Shown piece by piece: positions 19,305-26,404 of a DNA stretch of 58,672 nt. Source of the DNA: a virus (taxonomy: Duplodnaviria; Caudoviricetes). A program made the position numbers and the translations under genes. How positions within the stretch are numbered: the stretch's first letter is position 1; every line of letters starts with the position of its first letter. Location: the IMG/VR virus record IMGVR_UViG_3300021440_000026, positions 1 to 58,672 of that record. The stretch is one strand, 5' to 3'. The notes beneath the pieces are model-generated. The model made no database searches. It saw only the letters and a list, made by a program, of their open reading frames with translations, and was not told where the DNA came from.

Positions 19305-19723
19305 ATTTTACCATTGATGAGCTAATTCACAGTGACACCGCACTGCGGAAGCGGATTGATAATACTCCTAGCGCAGAAGTGCTAGTGGGTTTAAATAGGC
19401 TTATTGGGCACCTTGAAAGCGTCCGCAGCATTCTTGGCGCACCAATGCGTATCACTAGCGGGTACCGTTGCAAAGAGCTAAATAAATTGATTGGCGGTGC
19501 AAAGGATAGTGCGCACATGCAAGGATGGGCGGCTGATTTTGTTTGCCCGCAGTTTGGCACGCCATTGGAAATTGTGAAGAAAATTGCAGCATCGGAACTT
19601 TTGTTCGATAAGCTAATACAAGAGGGAACTTGGGTTCATATCAGTTTTGCGCCAACATCGCGAAGAGAAGTGCTAACAGCACATTTTAACGGAAGCAGCA
19701 CAACATACACAAAGGGAATTTAA
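19301..19723 (+). CDS. Endolysin, peptidase M15A family
   Basis: ITSGYRCKELNKLIGGAKDSAHMQGWAAD and WVHIS zinc-binding motifs. Confidence 0.9.
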   Translation: MNFTIDELIHSDTALRKRIDNTPSAEVLVGLNRLIGHLESVRSILGAPMRITSGYRCKELNKLIGGAKDSAHMQGWAADFVCPQFGTPLEIVKKIAASELLFDKLIQEGTWVHISFAPTSRREVLTAHFNGSSTTYTKGI

Positions 19724-19725
19724 AT

Positions 19726-20034
19726 ATGAAGTACAGAAAAAAACCAGTAATAATTGATGCTATTCAATGGACAGGAAATAATACATTTCAGGTGCGATCA
19801 TTTCTTGATGGGCAAGAGCCTAATTTAAAATCTGCAACTGCTTCCGATCATTGGGAAAAGTATTGCGATTATGTTATGTTGCATGGCATTACTATCATGA
19901 CACTGGAAGATGGAAAAGATGGAAGGGCAAAGCATGTAGCGTCTGTTGGTGATTGGATTATCAAAGGAGTTGCTGGGGAATTTTACCCATGCAAGCCTGA
20001 TATTTTTGAGAAAACTTACGAGATTGCTGAATAG
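19726..20034 (+). CDS. Conserved phage protein (RKKPV...GEFYPCKPDIFEKTY family)
   Basis: Hallmark motifs of a widespread phage protein of unknown function. Confidence 0.8.
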   Translation: MKYRKKPVIIDAIQWTGNNTFQVRSFLDGQEPNLKSATASDHWEKYCDYVMLHGITIMTLEDGKDGRAKHVASVGDWIIKGVAGEFYPCKPDIFEKTYEIAE

Positions 20035-20035
20035 A

Positions 20036-20251
20036 ATGATGAAAAAACTACGTGGCGCGCGTCGTTCGTTCGTTGTTTGGTTTAACGGTGTTTTGTTGGC
20101 GGCGTTCCCTGTGTTTCAATCAGCGCATGATTATTTGCCAGAGCTACAGCAATACCTTCCTTCGGACGTTTACAAATGGGTAGGGCTTGCCGTGGTGATG
20201 GTGAATATCATGCTGCGCTTTAAAACTGACAAGCCACTTGAGGAAAAATAA
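20036..20251 (+). CDS. Putative holin
   Basis: 71 aa, two hydrophobic segments with charged ends, inside the lysis cassette. Confidence 0.6.
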   Translation: MMKKLRGARRSFVVWFNGVLLAAFPVFQSAHDYLPELQQYLPSDVYKWVGLAVVMVNIMLRFKTDKPLEEK

Positions 20252-20748
20252 TGTTTGAAATGCTGAAGCTAATCCCGCCACGCGGATATTTACTCCTTGC
20301 TGTAATCGGCTTATGCTTTGGATGCGAACTACACGGTCGGTATGTTGAAGCTAAAAAATGGGAAATACGGGAATCCGCTGCAACCGCGGCAGCAGAGCAA
20401 AAGCTATCCGACATGCGCAAGTACGTAGCCGAGAAAGAAAAAGCCGCTGAAAGCCGTTTGGCACTAATTAAAGCACAATTCAAACAAGGAGAAAATCATG
20501 CGCAAGCTGAAATTAAAACTCTTCGCGCTAATGTGCGCAATGGCACTGTCAGGCTGTCAATCCCCGCCGCTTCGTGTAGTCGAGGCACCGTTCCCGAAAC
20601 CACCGGAAATACCCAAGGAACTGCTACAGAAGCGCGAACCGAACTTGACCCAACGACTGCTCAATCTCTTATCGACATCGCCGCAGAAGGTGACGCAGCA
20701 ATCAGGCAATTAAATGCGCTGGTTGATGCTGTGAAAGATAATAAATAA
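20251..20748 (+). CDS. Rz: i-spanin (Rz-like)
   Basis: N-terminal TM, coiled coil, LRANVRNGTVRLSI..ELDP...EGDAAIRQLNAL motifs. Confidence 0.9.
   Translation: MFEMLKLIPPRGYLLLAVIGLCFGCELHGRYVEAKKWEIRESAATAAAEQKLSDMRKYVAEKEKAAESRLALIKAQFKQGENHAQAEIKTLRANVRNGTVRLSIPAASCSRGTVPETTGNTQGTATEARTELDPTTAQSLIDIAAEGDAAIRQLNALVDAVKDNK
20498..20713 (+). CDS. Rz1: o-spanin lipoprotein (Rz1-like), embedded in Rz
   Basis: Signal peptide with lipobox LSGC and Pro-rich tail; AAGGAG RBS; +1 frame inside Rz. Confidence 0.9.
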   Translation: MRKLKLKLFALMCAMALSGCQSPPLRVVEAPFPKPPEIPKELLQKREPNLTQRLLNLLSTSPQKVTQQSGN

Positions 20749-20776
20749 TTCACATGGTTATAAAATAGCTCCTGTG

Positions 20777-21108
20777 TTAAACTTTGGTTACAATATAACT
20801 ATTGTTAAAAATATGGATTACCGATACTCTTTCGTGTAACGATAATGATAGCAATGCTTCTAAGCACTTTTTTCTGCTGATAATTGCTCATCACTTGCAT
20901 TATTTATGTTTTCAGGGATCGCTACATCTAAGCACCAACGAATATTTTCATCTTCCAAGTTCACATCATCAGTTACTATATGCGCATTCCCACCAACGCC
21001 AGAGAACTCATATACAGCATCAACTAGCTCTTTAACTGACCGTGTTTTTTCATTATCTAGGATTGTATCAAATCCATAGTAATCATCGTGCTCTTCATAA
21101 TTATTCAT
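20777..21108 (-). pseudogene. Conserved phage protein (GGxxHIVxDDxNLED motif), apparently frameshifted at an A6 run
   Basis: ORF stops at 20860; adding one A at 20868-20873 extends it as EKKCLEALLSLSLHER... to 20777. Confidence 0.5.
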
Positions 21109-21565
21109 TTGTTAACCTAATTGTATTTAACAATTCTGCATTAGTAATTGGCTCACCATCTCTTTTACCAATCGGGATAAGTCGTGCCATTTCATTTCCA
21201 GAGTGGTGCTCATATTTCCTGACAATCTCATCAATAATCTTCCAGCTTCCAAGATCGTATTCTTGCATAAATGGCGTGTTGCTTGTAAGCATGCCGTCCT
21301 TTTCTATTATGCAGCTACCATACGCTTTTATTTTTCTGTCTCGGTAAAACTCAAACTTGTGGAAAATAGAAGGTATCACCGCACCTGTTTCCCACCAACA
21401 AAAGAAGTCATCAAACAATGCGCAATCATGCGTTTGTAAGCTAGCAACCTGCGCAAAAAACATCAGTCTGTTTAGCTTCATTGGTGTCAGCTTCCGAAGC
21501 CTTTTTTGCTTCGATGCTTCAATAAATGCGTTTGCAACTGCTAGAGCTGAATAAATGTTGACCAT
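21101..21565 (-). CDS. Panacea-domain (DUF4065/SocA/GepA-like) antitoxin-type protein
   Basis: YSALAVANAFI, LTPMKLNRLMFFAQ, LFDD..WETGAVIPSIFHKF motifs. Confidence 0.85.
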   Translation of the reverse strand: MVNIYSALAVANAFIEASKQKRLRKLTPMKLNRLMFFAQVASLQTHDCALFDDFFCWWETGAVIPSIFHKFEFYRDRKIKAYGSCIIEKDGMLTSNTPFMQEYDLGSWKIIDEIVRKYEHHSGNEMARLIPIGKRDGEPITNAELLNTIRLTNE

Positions 21566-21882
21566 TTAATTTTAGCAATTTCTTCATTGCGCATTCCTAT
21601 TGTTAATCTTGGGTCGCCAATTTCTCTTGTTATTATTGGAATTAACACCCAATTTTCATAAGCATCCTTTGCTGTGAATCCAATTTGATAAGAATTATCA
21701 TACTGACATTGCCATTTGTTTGCATCAATTTTCCGTATAATAGGTTTTGCTTTTTTAAATTTTTCTGCTTGAAGAATGCGCTGATTTTGTATGCTGCGCA
21801 CAACCTCTTTTACTGTCTCCTCATATTTTGTAGGATTCTCTTGTGTAAGATACACATATCTTTTTTCTTTGCACATGTCCAC
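21541..21882 (-). CDS. Hypothetical protein
   Basis: AAGGAG RBS; overlaps the start of the Panacea gene. Confidence 0.55.
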   Translation of the reverse strand: MDMCKEKRYVYLTQENPTKYEETVKEVVRSIQNQRILQAEKFKKAKPIIRKIDANKWQCQYDNSYQIGFTAKDAYENWVLIPIITREIGDPRLTIGMRNEEIAKIKWSTFIQL

Positions 21883-21926
21883 TCCTTAATTATCAACAAG
21901 TATTCGGAAATTCCGAATACATCAAA

Positions 21927-22124
21927 TTATTCTGCTATTCGCCCATGCTTCATTTTTTGACGAAACTCTGCCGCAATTTTTAAACGCCATTTTTCTTCGT
22001 AATCAGCAATTTCGGAAACAAGTTTTTGAAACTCATCATCTATCATTGTTAGGGTATCCATTTGCTTTAAAACTGTTTCCATCGCAGCAGGATATGTTTC
22101 TTCTGTTATTGGGTAAGTGAGCAT
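21927..22124 (-). CDS. Small protein resembling the N-terminal domain of HigA-type antitoxins, without HTH
   Basis: PITEETYPAAM..VLKQMD....DEFQKLVSEIADYEEK matches the I..E..Y..AL....LMD....E...L..LI..YE pattern. Confidence 0.55.
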   Translation of the reverse strand: MLTYPITEETYPAAMETVLKQMDTLTMIDDEFQKLVSEIADYEEKWRLKIAAEFRQKMKHGRIAE

Positions 22125-22339
22125 GGCATACTTTAGAATTTAGAAATAACCGCTTAGGGCGGTCAGTCCCTACATTGTGGCACGCAGTAGTGCGCTTATT
22201 AGCCCAAGAACATAGGTCTTGCTAACCACCTACTGATTAGCGGATAAGGAAGCAGTACCTTCCTCTAATTATCCGTTAAGTTATCGCCACTTAACACGAA
22301 CCGCTATTTTCGCATTTCCCAGCATCAGGGTTAATTCTT

Positions 22340-22414
22340 TGGTACGCCGCATAGGACTTGAAACTATACTCAATGAATTATGAGTTCACTGCTTTACCTT
22401 TAAGCTAACGGCGC
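22340..22414 (-). tRNA. tRNA with CAU anticodon (elongator Met or Ile2), CCA encoded
   Basis: GCGCCGT acceptor stem, GCTT/AAGC D arm, GTGAA-CTCATAA-TTCAT anticodon arm, TTCAAGT T loop, ACCA end; T.C mismatch at 53-61. Confidence 0.85.
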
Positions 22415-22415
22415 A

Positions 22416-22546
22416 TGGTGTTGATAAATTCAGTCATTGCAGCCAGTATATCCCCGTCACTTACGCGGACGGGTTACGTGCTATTTGCTTCGGCTTACAC
22501 AAAAGAAATTTCTTTCCTCTGGTCAGGTATCGAACCTGTTACACCG
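22416..22546 (-). ncRNA. Structured RNA candidate with a T-arm hairpin, GNRA hairpins and a 3' ACCA end
   Basis: CAGG-TTCGATA-CCTG; CAGAGGAAA-GAAA-TTTCTTTTG; CCCGT..GTAA..ACGGG; ends ACACCA 1 nt upstream of the tRNA. Confidence 0.5.
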
Positions 22547-22583
22547 TTCTACCTTGCCTTCTTACTTAATATAACGGACAAAT

Positions 22584-22763
22584 AACAAGTGAGGATGCTG
22601 GGCTTAATTCCAGCTATCTAGTAAAACATCCACACCTCGTTTGACTACGAACTCACAAACCGTCGCTTGCGCTCTTTGTAGACTGCCGTTTGGTGTATTA
22701 CTAGCTAGCAGCACGAGGCTGCACCACTGCTAGCACGTCTTTCCGTGCTGATCCTCACTTGTT
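22584..22763 (-). ncRNA. 180-nt tRNA-shaped structured RNA candidate
   Basis: 13-bp terminal inverted repeat AACAAGTGAGGAT enclosing AGCACG/CGTGCT, CTAGCAG/CTGCTAG, a long nested CTAGTAA/TTACTAG stem, and GCTGG/CCAGC. Confidence 0.65.
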
Positions 22764-22805
22764 GGCACTCTCTTACGCGGAGTGCCTTTACGTTTTCCTT
22801 TGCAA

Positions 22806-23012
22806 TTATGGCTTTATTAAATTAAGTATTGAAAATAATTTGTCTTTTTGCGTTTTACTTAAACCTTGGCAATCATAAGTTAACAAATTATCTAATATAT
22901 AAACAGCATTTATTCTTTTTTGTTTCTCAATTTCGATAAGATTTTCCATTTTTTTAATTAAATTACTGACTTTTGCCCTATCAAAATCAAACCCAAATAA
23001 ACTTGCTAACAT
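22806..23012 (-). CDS. Hypothetical protein
   Basis: 68-aa ORF downstream of an extended -10 (TGCTATAAT at ~23048-23056). Confidence 0.5.
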   Translation of the reverse strand: MLASLFGFDFDRAKVSNLIKKMENLIEIEKQKRINAVYILDNLLTYDCQGLSKTQKDKLFSILNLIKP

Positions 23013-23064
23013 TCCCCACCCCCCCCTTTAATTGTTAAGCCAAAATTATAGCACAAAAACGCAA

Positions 23065-24339
23065 TCAACCCCATCCAAAATCATAAAGTTGTTGTTGTAA
23101 GTGCGCTTCTGCAACATTCACGGAATTCACGTCAGCCGTCACATTATCCAGCAAGTTTTCAGCAATTTGCATGTTGTTGTCTGCGCAAATAATCGAATTG
23201 TACGTGCTGACCGCCAGTTTATTCATGAACAGGCTTTGTGAACTTAATCCGCCTGCATCAGTGCCAGAATAATCCATCGTTGCGTTGATAATATCAACAA
23301 CGCATTCGCCAAACGATTTGTTTTGCAGATCATTTACCCAATGTTGCAATCCTGCCGCATCAGGCTCACGACCTAAAACGTTATGATAAAATGTTTTTAC
23401 AAGCTCCGATGCTTCAGCAGTAGACGGGTAGATTGCTTCCGCTTGATCGCAATTAGCCATCGCTTTCACTACGCCAGACAATGATGCACCAGAATCAATC
23501 AAATGTGCCCAGTAATCCATGCCAGACACTTCCGCAGCGCGATTGAACAACGAAACGTAGAACTTATTAACCCATACACGCGAATCAGTGTAGTGCATGT
23601 CGTATTTCTTGCCGTTAATTTCCATTCCTGTGATAATGTAAGCAGAATCAGTGGATGACATCGGATCAAGAATGCCGAACCCATGATCTCCCCACAGCTT
23701 ACCATCTGCAAATTTCCATTGATTTTCAATCACTGTATGACCACTAATCCAAGCCTCTGCGGCAACTGCATGCCGTCCGTATTCTGCATACTGACCTGTT
23801 GTGGATAAAGACGGATTATTCCAAATTTGGTCAGCAATCTGGCGGGTTTCGTGCATGAACTTCACATCGACATCAGCTTCAAGGATTGGGGTATATCCAG
23901 CTTGTAATGCAAATTTTGTCATCCACATTCTTTCCGAGGCAGAATCAGGGTTAAAATCGAGCATTTCCCACGACGTAATTTTAATATTAGGTGCATGGTC
24001 ATACAAGGATTTATCAGGCGCAACGTTGATGTGCTGCATATCCGTTGATGACCATTGCGATTCGTTTAAAAACCCTTTTTCGCCAGCTTGTAATGCAAAC
24101 TTTACAAACGACCCGCCATCGTTATTCTGCCCGCCAAACAGTGAACGGCTAGAATAGTAGTTCTCCAGCGCGGACAAATCCACTTTTGCGCCAGTTAGCC
24201 TATCAACGTACAGTTCTACGATGTTAGTCACAGCAAAGCCCGTACAGCTTCCCGCTTGCATTTGATCTTCAATTGCGCCAGTCCATGATCGATAATCCGC
24301 TGTCACTGTGTTAATGTAATTTTGTTTTTTAAATATCAA
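23065..24339 (-). CDS. Papain-like (C1) cysteine protease fused to a DUF4214/RsaA N-terminal-like domain
   Basis: DQMQAGSCTGFA (Gln/Cys), GRHAV (His), ENQW..WGDHGFG (Asn); C-terminal FYVSLFNRAAEVSGMDYW and FYHNVLGREPDAAGLQHW repeats; TTG start with AAGGGAG RBS. Confidence 0.85.
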   Translation of the reverse strand: MIFKKQNYINTVTADYRSWTGAIEDQMQAGSCTGFAVTNIVELYVDRLTGAKVDLSALENYYSSRSLFGGQNNDGGSFVKFALQAGEKGFLNESQWSSTDMQHINVAPDKSLYDHAPNIKITSWEMLDFNPDSASERMWMTKFALQAGYTPILEADVDVKFMHETRQIADQIWNNPSLSTTGQYAEYGRHAVAAEAWISGHTVIENQWKFADGKLWGDHGFGILDPMSSTDSAYIITGMEINGKKYDMHYTDSRVWVNKFYVSLFNRAAEVSGMDYWAHLIDSGASLSGVVKAMANCDQAEAIYPSTAEASELVKTFYHNVLGREPDAAGLQHWVNDLQNKSFGECVVDIINATMDYSGTDAGGLSSQSLFMNKLAVSTYNSIICADNNMQIAENLLDNVTADVNSVNVAEAHLQQQLYDFGWG

Positions 24340-24467
24340 AATTTCTCCCTTGTTTTATTATGCTACAATAATGAAGTCAGTTATTCCGTCCCGTATCCAG
24401 TCTGTAGAGTTGGCAAATACCGTGGATAACTGGCTTACTCATCTTTTCCTTCATGTTTAAGAAACTG

Positions 24468-24495
24468 ATTATACCACGCTAAAAAAATAGTTCAA
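24468..24495 (-). promoter_or_regulatory. Sigma70-type promoter upstream of the protease gene
   Basis: TTGAAC-16 nt-TATAAT with extended TG; 22 nt identical to 36774-36795. Confidence 0.65.
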
Positions 24496-24505
24496 GAAGA
24501 AAATA

Positions 24506-24985
24506 TTATCCTGTCTCTTTTTTGCAATCAGTGCCACGCATTTCATGGCAAGGCATCCCCATATAATCTTCTGCCCAGAATCGAATAATCCCATTTTCAA
24601 GATATGCACCATGCTTTGTTACCTGTTCTGGGTTTTTAAACTTCTTACATCTTCCTTGAAGAGGTGATGACCCGTGACGCTTTTCGTGCGGGACTCTTTC
24701 AAGGTGTTTGCAGGTATTGCAGTTTGCTTCATATTCGTTAAAAATTTTGACGCTTTCAATTCTTTTTTGCTTGTCCTCTGGCGCGCATAAAAATGTACCA
24801 CTAACTTGCGGAACAACGGCGCCAAGCAATATAGAATCATCAGCAGAGCTAACAATTTTTTTTGACCAAAAACTGACATACGTCAAATTGCCAAAATCAT
24901 CTGTGCACAGTAGTTTAGAAAGTATTTTCCGCCCTCTTTTTTCAAAAACCCTGTTATTGGTAACCCATTCTTTTTGAATGTACAT
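24506..24985 (-). CDS. Hypothetical protein with CxxC motif
   Basis: 159 aa, ANCNTCKHLER; co-oriented with neighbours. Confidence 0.6.
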   Translation of the reverse strand: MYIQKEWVTNNRVFEKRGRKILSKLLCTDDFGNLTYVSFWSKKIVSSADDSILLGAVVPQVSGTFLCAPEDKQKRIESVKIFNEYEANCNTCKHLERVPHEKRHGSSPLQGRCKKFKNPEQVTKHGAYLENGIIRFWAEDYMGMPCHEMRGTDCKKETG

Positions 24986-24994
24986 TTTTCACCA

Positions 24995-25189
24995 TTAAAA
25001 TAAATAACCAAGCCCAAGAAGCGATCCAAGCGGCGCAACGAAAATTCCAATAGCACGTAAAACTACCATTCCGCTTAACGACGTGGATTGTGCCAATGCG
25101 TAAATGTTTGCAATCCATCCAGTAAGCAAAATTGCACTTATTGCTAATGCAGTTAAAATTTCTGCGTTTGAATATGTTTTGTTTGTCAT
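24995..25189 (-). CDS. Small membrane protein
   Basis: GWIANI...LRAIGIFVAPLG motif; two TM segments. Confidence 0.65.
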   Translation of the reverse strand: MTNKTYSNAEILTALAISAILLTGWIANIYALAQSTSLSGMVVLRAIGIFVAPLGSLLGLGYLF

Positions 25190-25191
25190 TT

Positions 25192-25458
25192 TTATTCCTC
25201 GATCTTAAAAGTTAATCGCTTCATCTTTGCCAAATTTTTTTCAAGCGACTTAATTTTATCTTGGCGTATTTGTTCTGCCTTAGATAGTGCGGATTCTTTT
25301 TCAATATGCCAATTCCCTTTTTCAATAAGCCTACACTCACCATAAATTTGAAAGTCATCACCAAACTGCTCACCTGTTACTTTTCTAACGCCATTAAATA
25401 AAACATCTTCCGTAATGTAAGCGGTGATAATTTCTTCTTCTAGCATACTATTCCTCAA
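25192..25458 (-). CDS. Hypothetical protein, paralog of the adjacent ORF
   Basis: Shares YxT..L..G++KVTG and KIxSL.K.LAKM..LTFKIEE with 25448-25702. Confidence 0.7.
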   Translation of the reverse strand: MRNSMLEEEIITAYITEDVLFNGVRKVTGEQFGDDFQIYGECRLIEKGNWHIEKESALSKAEQIRQDKIKSLEKNLAKMKRLTFKIEE

Positions 25459-25702
25459 TTTTAAAAGTTAAATTTTCCATTTTGGCAAGCTGCTTTTTCA
25501 ACGACTGAATTTTTTTCTGGCGCATTTCCTCATCGCGGACTAGTGCTGTTTTTTTGGTTTTACACCATAGTGTGTCATCAAAAAAAACACCATAACCTTC
25601 TACTTTTAAATAACCAGATACATTGATCACGCCCGTTACTTTTTTGATGCCTTTTGTCAAAGCATAAGCAGTGAGATACACTGTTGTAAGTTCTTTGCGC
25701 AT
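25448..25702 (-). CDS. Hypothetical protein (YALTKGI family)
   Basis: Tandem paralog of 25192-25458; AAGGA RBS. Confidence 0.7.
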   Translation of the reverse strand: MRKELTTVYLTAYALTKGIKKVTGVINVSGYLKVEGYGVFFDDTLWCKTKKTALVRDEEMRQKKIQSLKKQLAKMENLTFKIEE

Positions 25703-25730
25703 TCTCTATCCTTGAATGTTGTTAAATATA

Positions 25731-26198
25731 CTAGAACGGGACGTCGCCGCTAAAATCATCCAAATCTGAAAAATTCGGCGCAGGACGCGCAGCAGTACTT
25801 TCAGGCTGACTACGTGGCACAGATTGGCTACGTTGCTGCGGTGCAGGTTGCTCATCGCCGCGTGGCTTTCCGTCTAGCATTTGCATCCTATCTGCAATTA
25901 TTTTTGTCGAATACCGCTCAATTCCTTCCTTGTCAGTGTATTTTTCCGTTTTCATTCTGCCAGAAATAAACACTTTTGATCCTTTTTTAAGGTGCTCGCT
26001 ACAAATTTCCGCAAGTTTCCCAAAAACGGTAATATTTACCCATTCCGTTGCATCTTGCTTTACTCCACTTTTATCCTTCCATGTTGATCCAACTGCTATA
26101 GGAAAATTAGCAATTGCATCGCCACTAGGCATAAATCTACATTCAACATCTTTACCGAGATTGCCAATAAAATTACACTGATTAAGATCGTTTGCCAT
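25731..26198 (-). CDS. ssb: Single-stranded DNA-binding protein
   Basis: IGNLGKD, TEW..ITVFGKLAE, LKKGSKVFISGR, acidic DVPF tail. Confidence 0.97.
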   Translation of the reverse strand: MANDLNQCNFIGNLGKDVECRFMPSGDAIANFPIAVGSTWKDKSGVKQDATEWVNITVFGKLAEICSEHLKKGSKVFISGRMKTEKYTDKEGIERYSTKIIADRMQMLDGKPRGDEQPAPQQRSQSVPRSQPESTAARPAPNFSDLDDFSGDVPF

Positions 26199-26200
26199 AT

Positions 26201-26404
26201 TTAGTCCTTGTTTAATTTCAATTCAATAATCGCGTTTTTGAGCGATTCAATCGTCTCGCATCCGGGATTCTTTGTTGTTCTCCGCGCTATTGTTGCAATA
26301 GTTCCGTAGGCAATCCCAGAATGCTTTGATATTTTTCTCCAGCATTCTCCTTGCGGTTCCATTTTTATCAGCTCAGTAGCAACAAATTCATGGTCTTTAG
26401 TCAT
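26201..26404 (-). CDS. XRE/Cro-like HTH protein
   Basis: WRKISKHSGIAYGTIATIARRTTKNPG..TIE. Confidence 0.7.
   Translation of the reverse strand: MTKDHEFVATELIKMEPQGECWRKISKHSGIAYGTIATIARRTTKNPGCETIESLKNAIIELKLNKD

Noticed and set aside
20860-20875. Programmed -1 frameshift at AAAAAAG
   Set aside because: The heptamer is out of phase (zero frame GAA AAA AGT rather than A AAA AAG); an indel is the simpler explanation
22340-22414. tRNA as an attP/attB integration site
   Set aside because: No integrase, no duplicated tRNA 3' end and no host genes at the window ends
22584-22763. tmRNA or MITE interpretation of the 180-nt element
   Set aside because: No GGGG/CCA tRNA-like ends or tag reading frame; no target-site duplication, second copy or transposase seen
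24433-24446. 14-nt identity (AAGATGAGTAAGCC on the minus strand) with 33580-33593
   Set aside because: Short match covering a start-codon context (MSKP); insufficient to claim a repeat element
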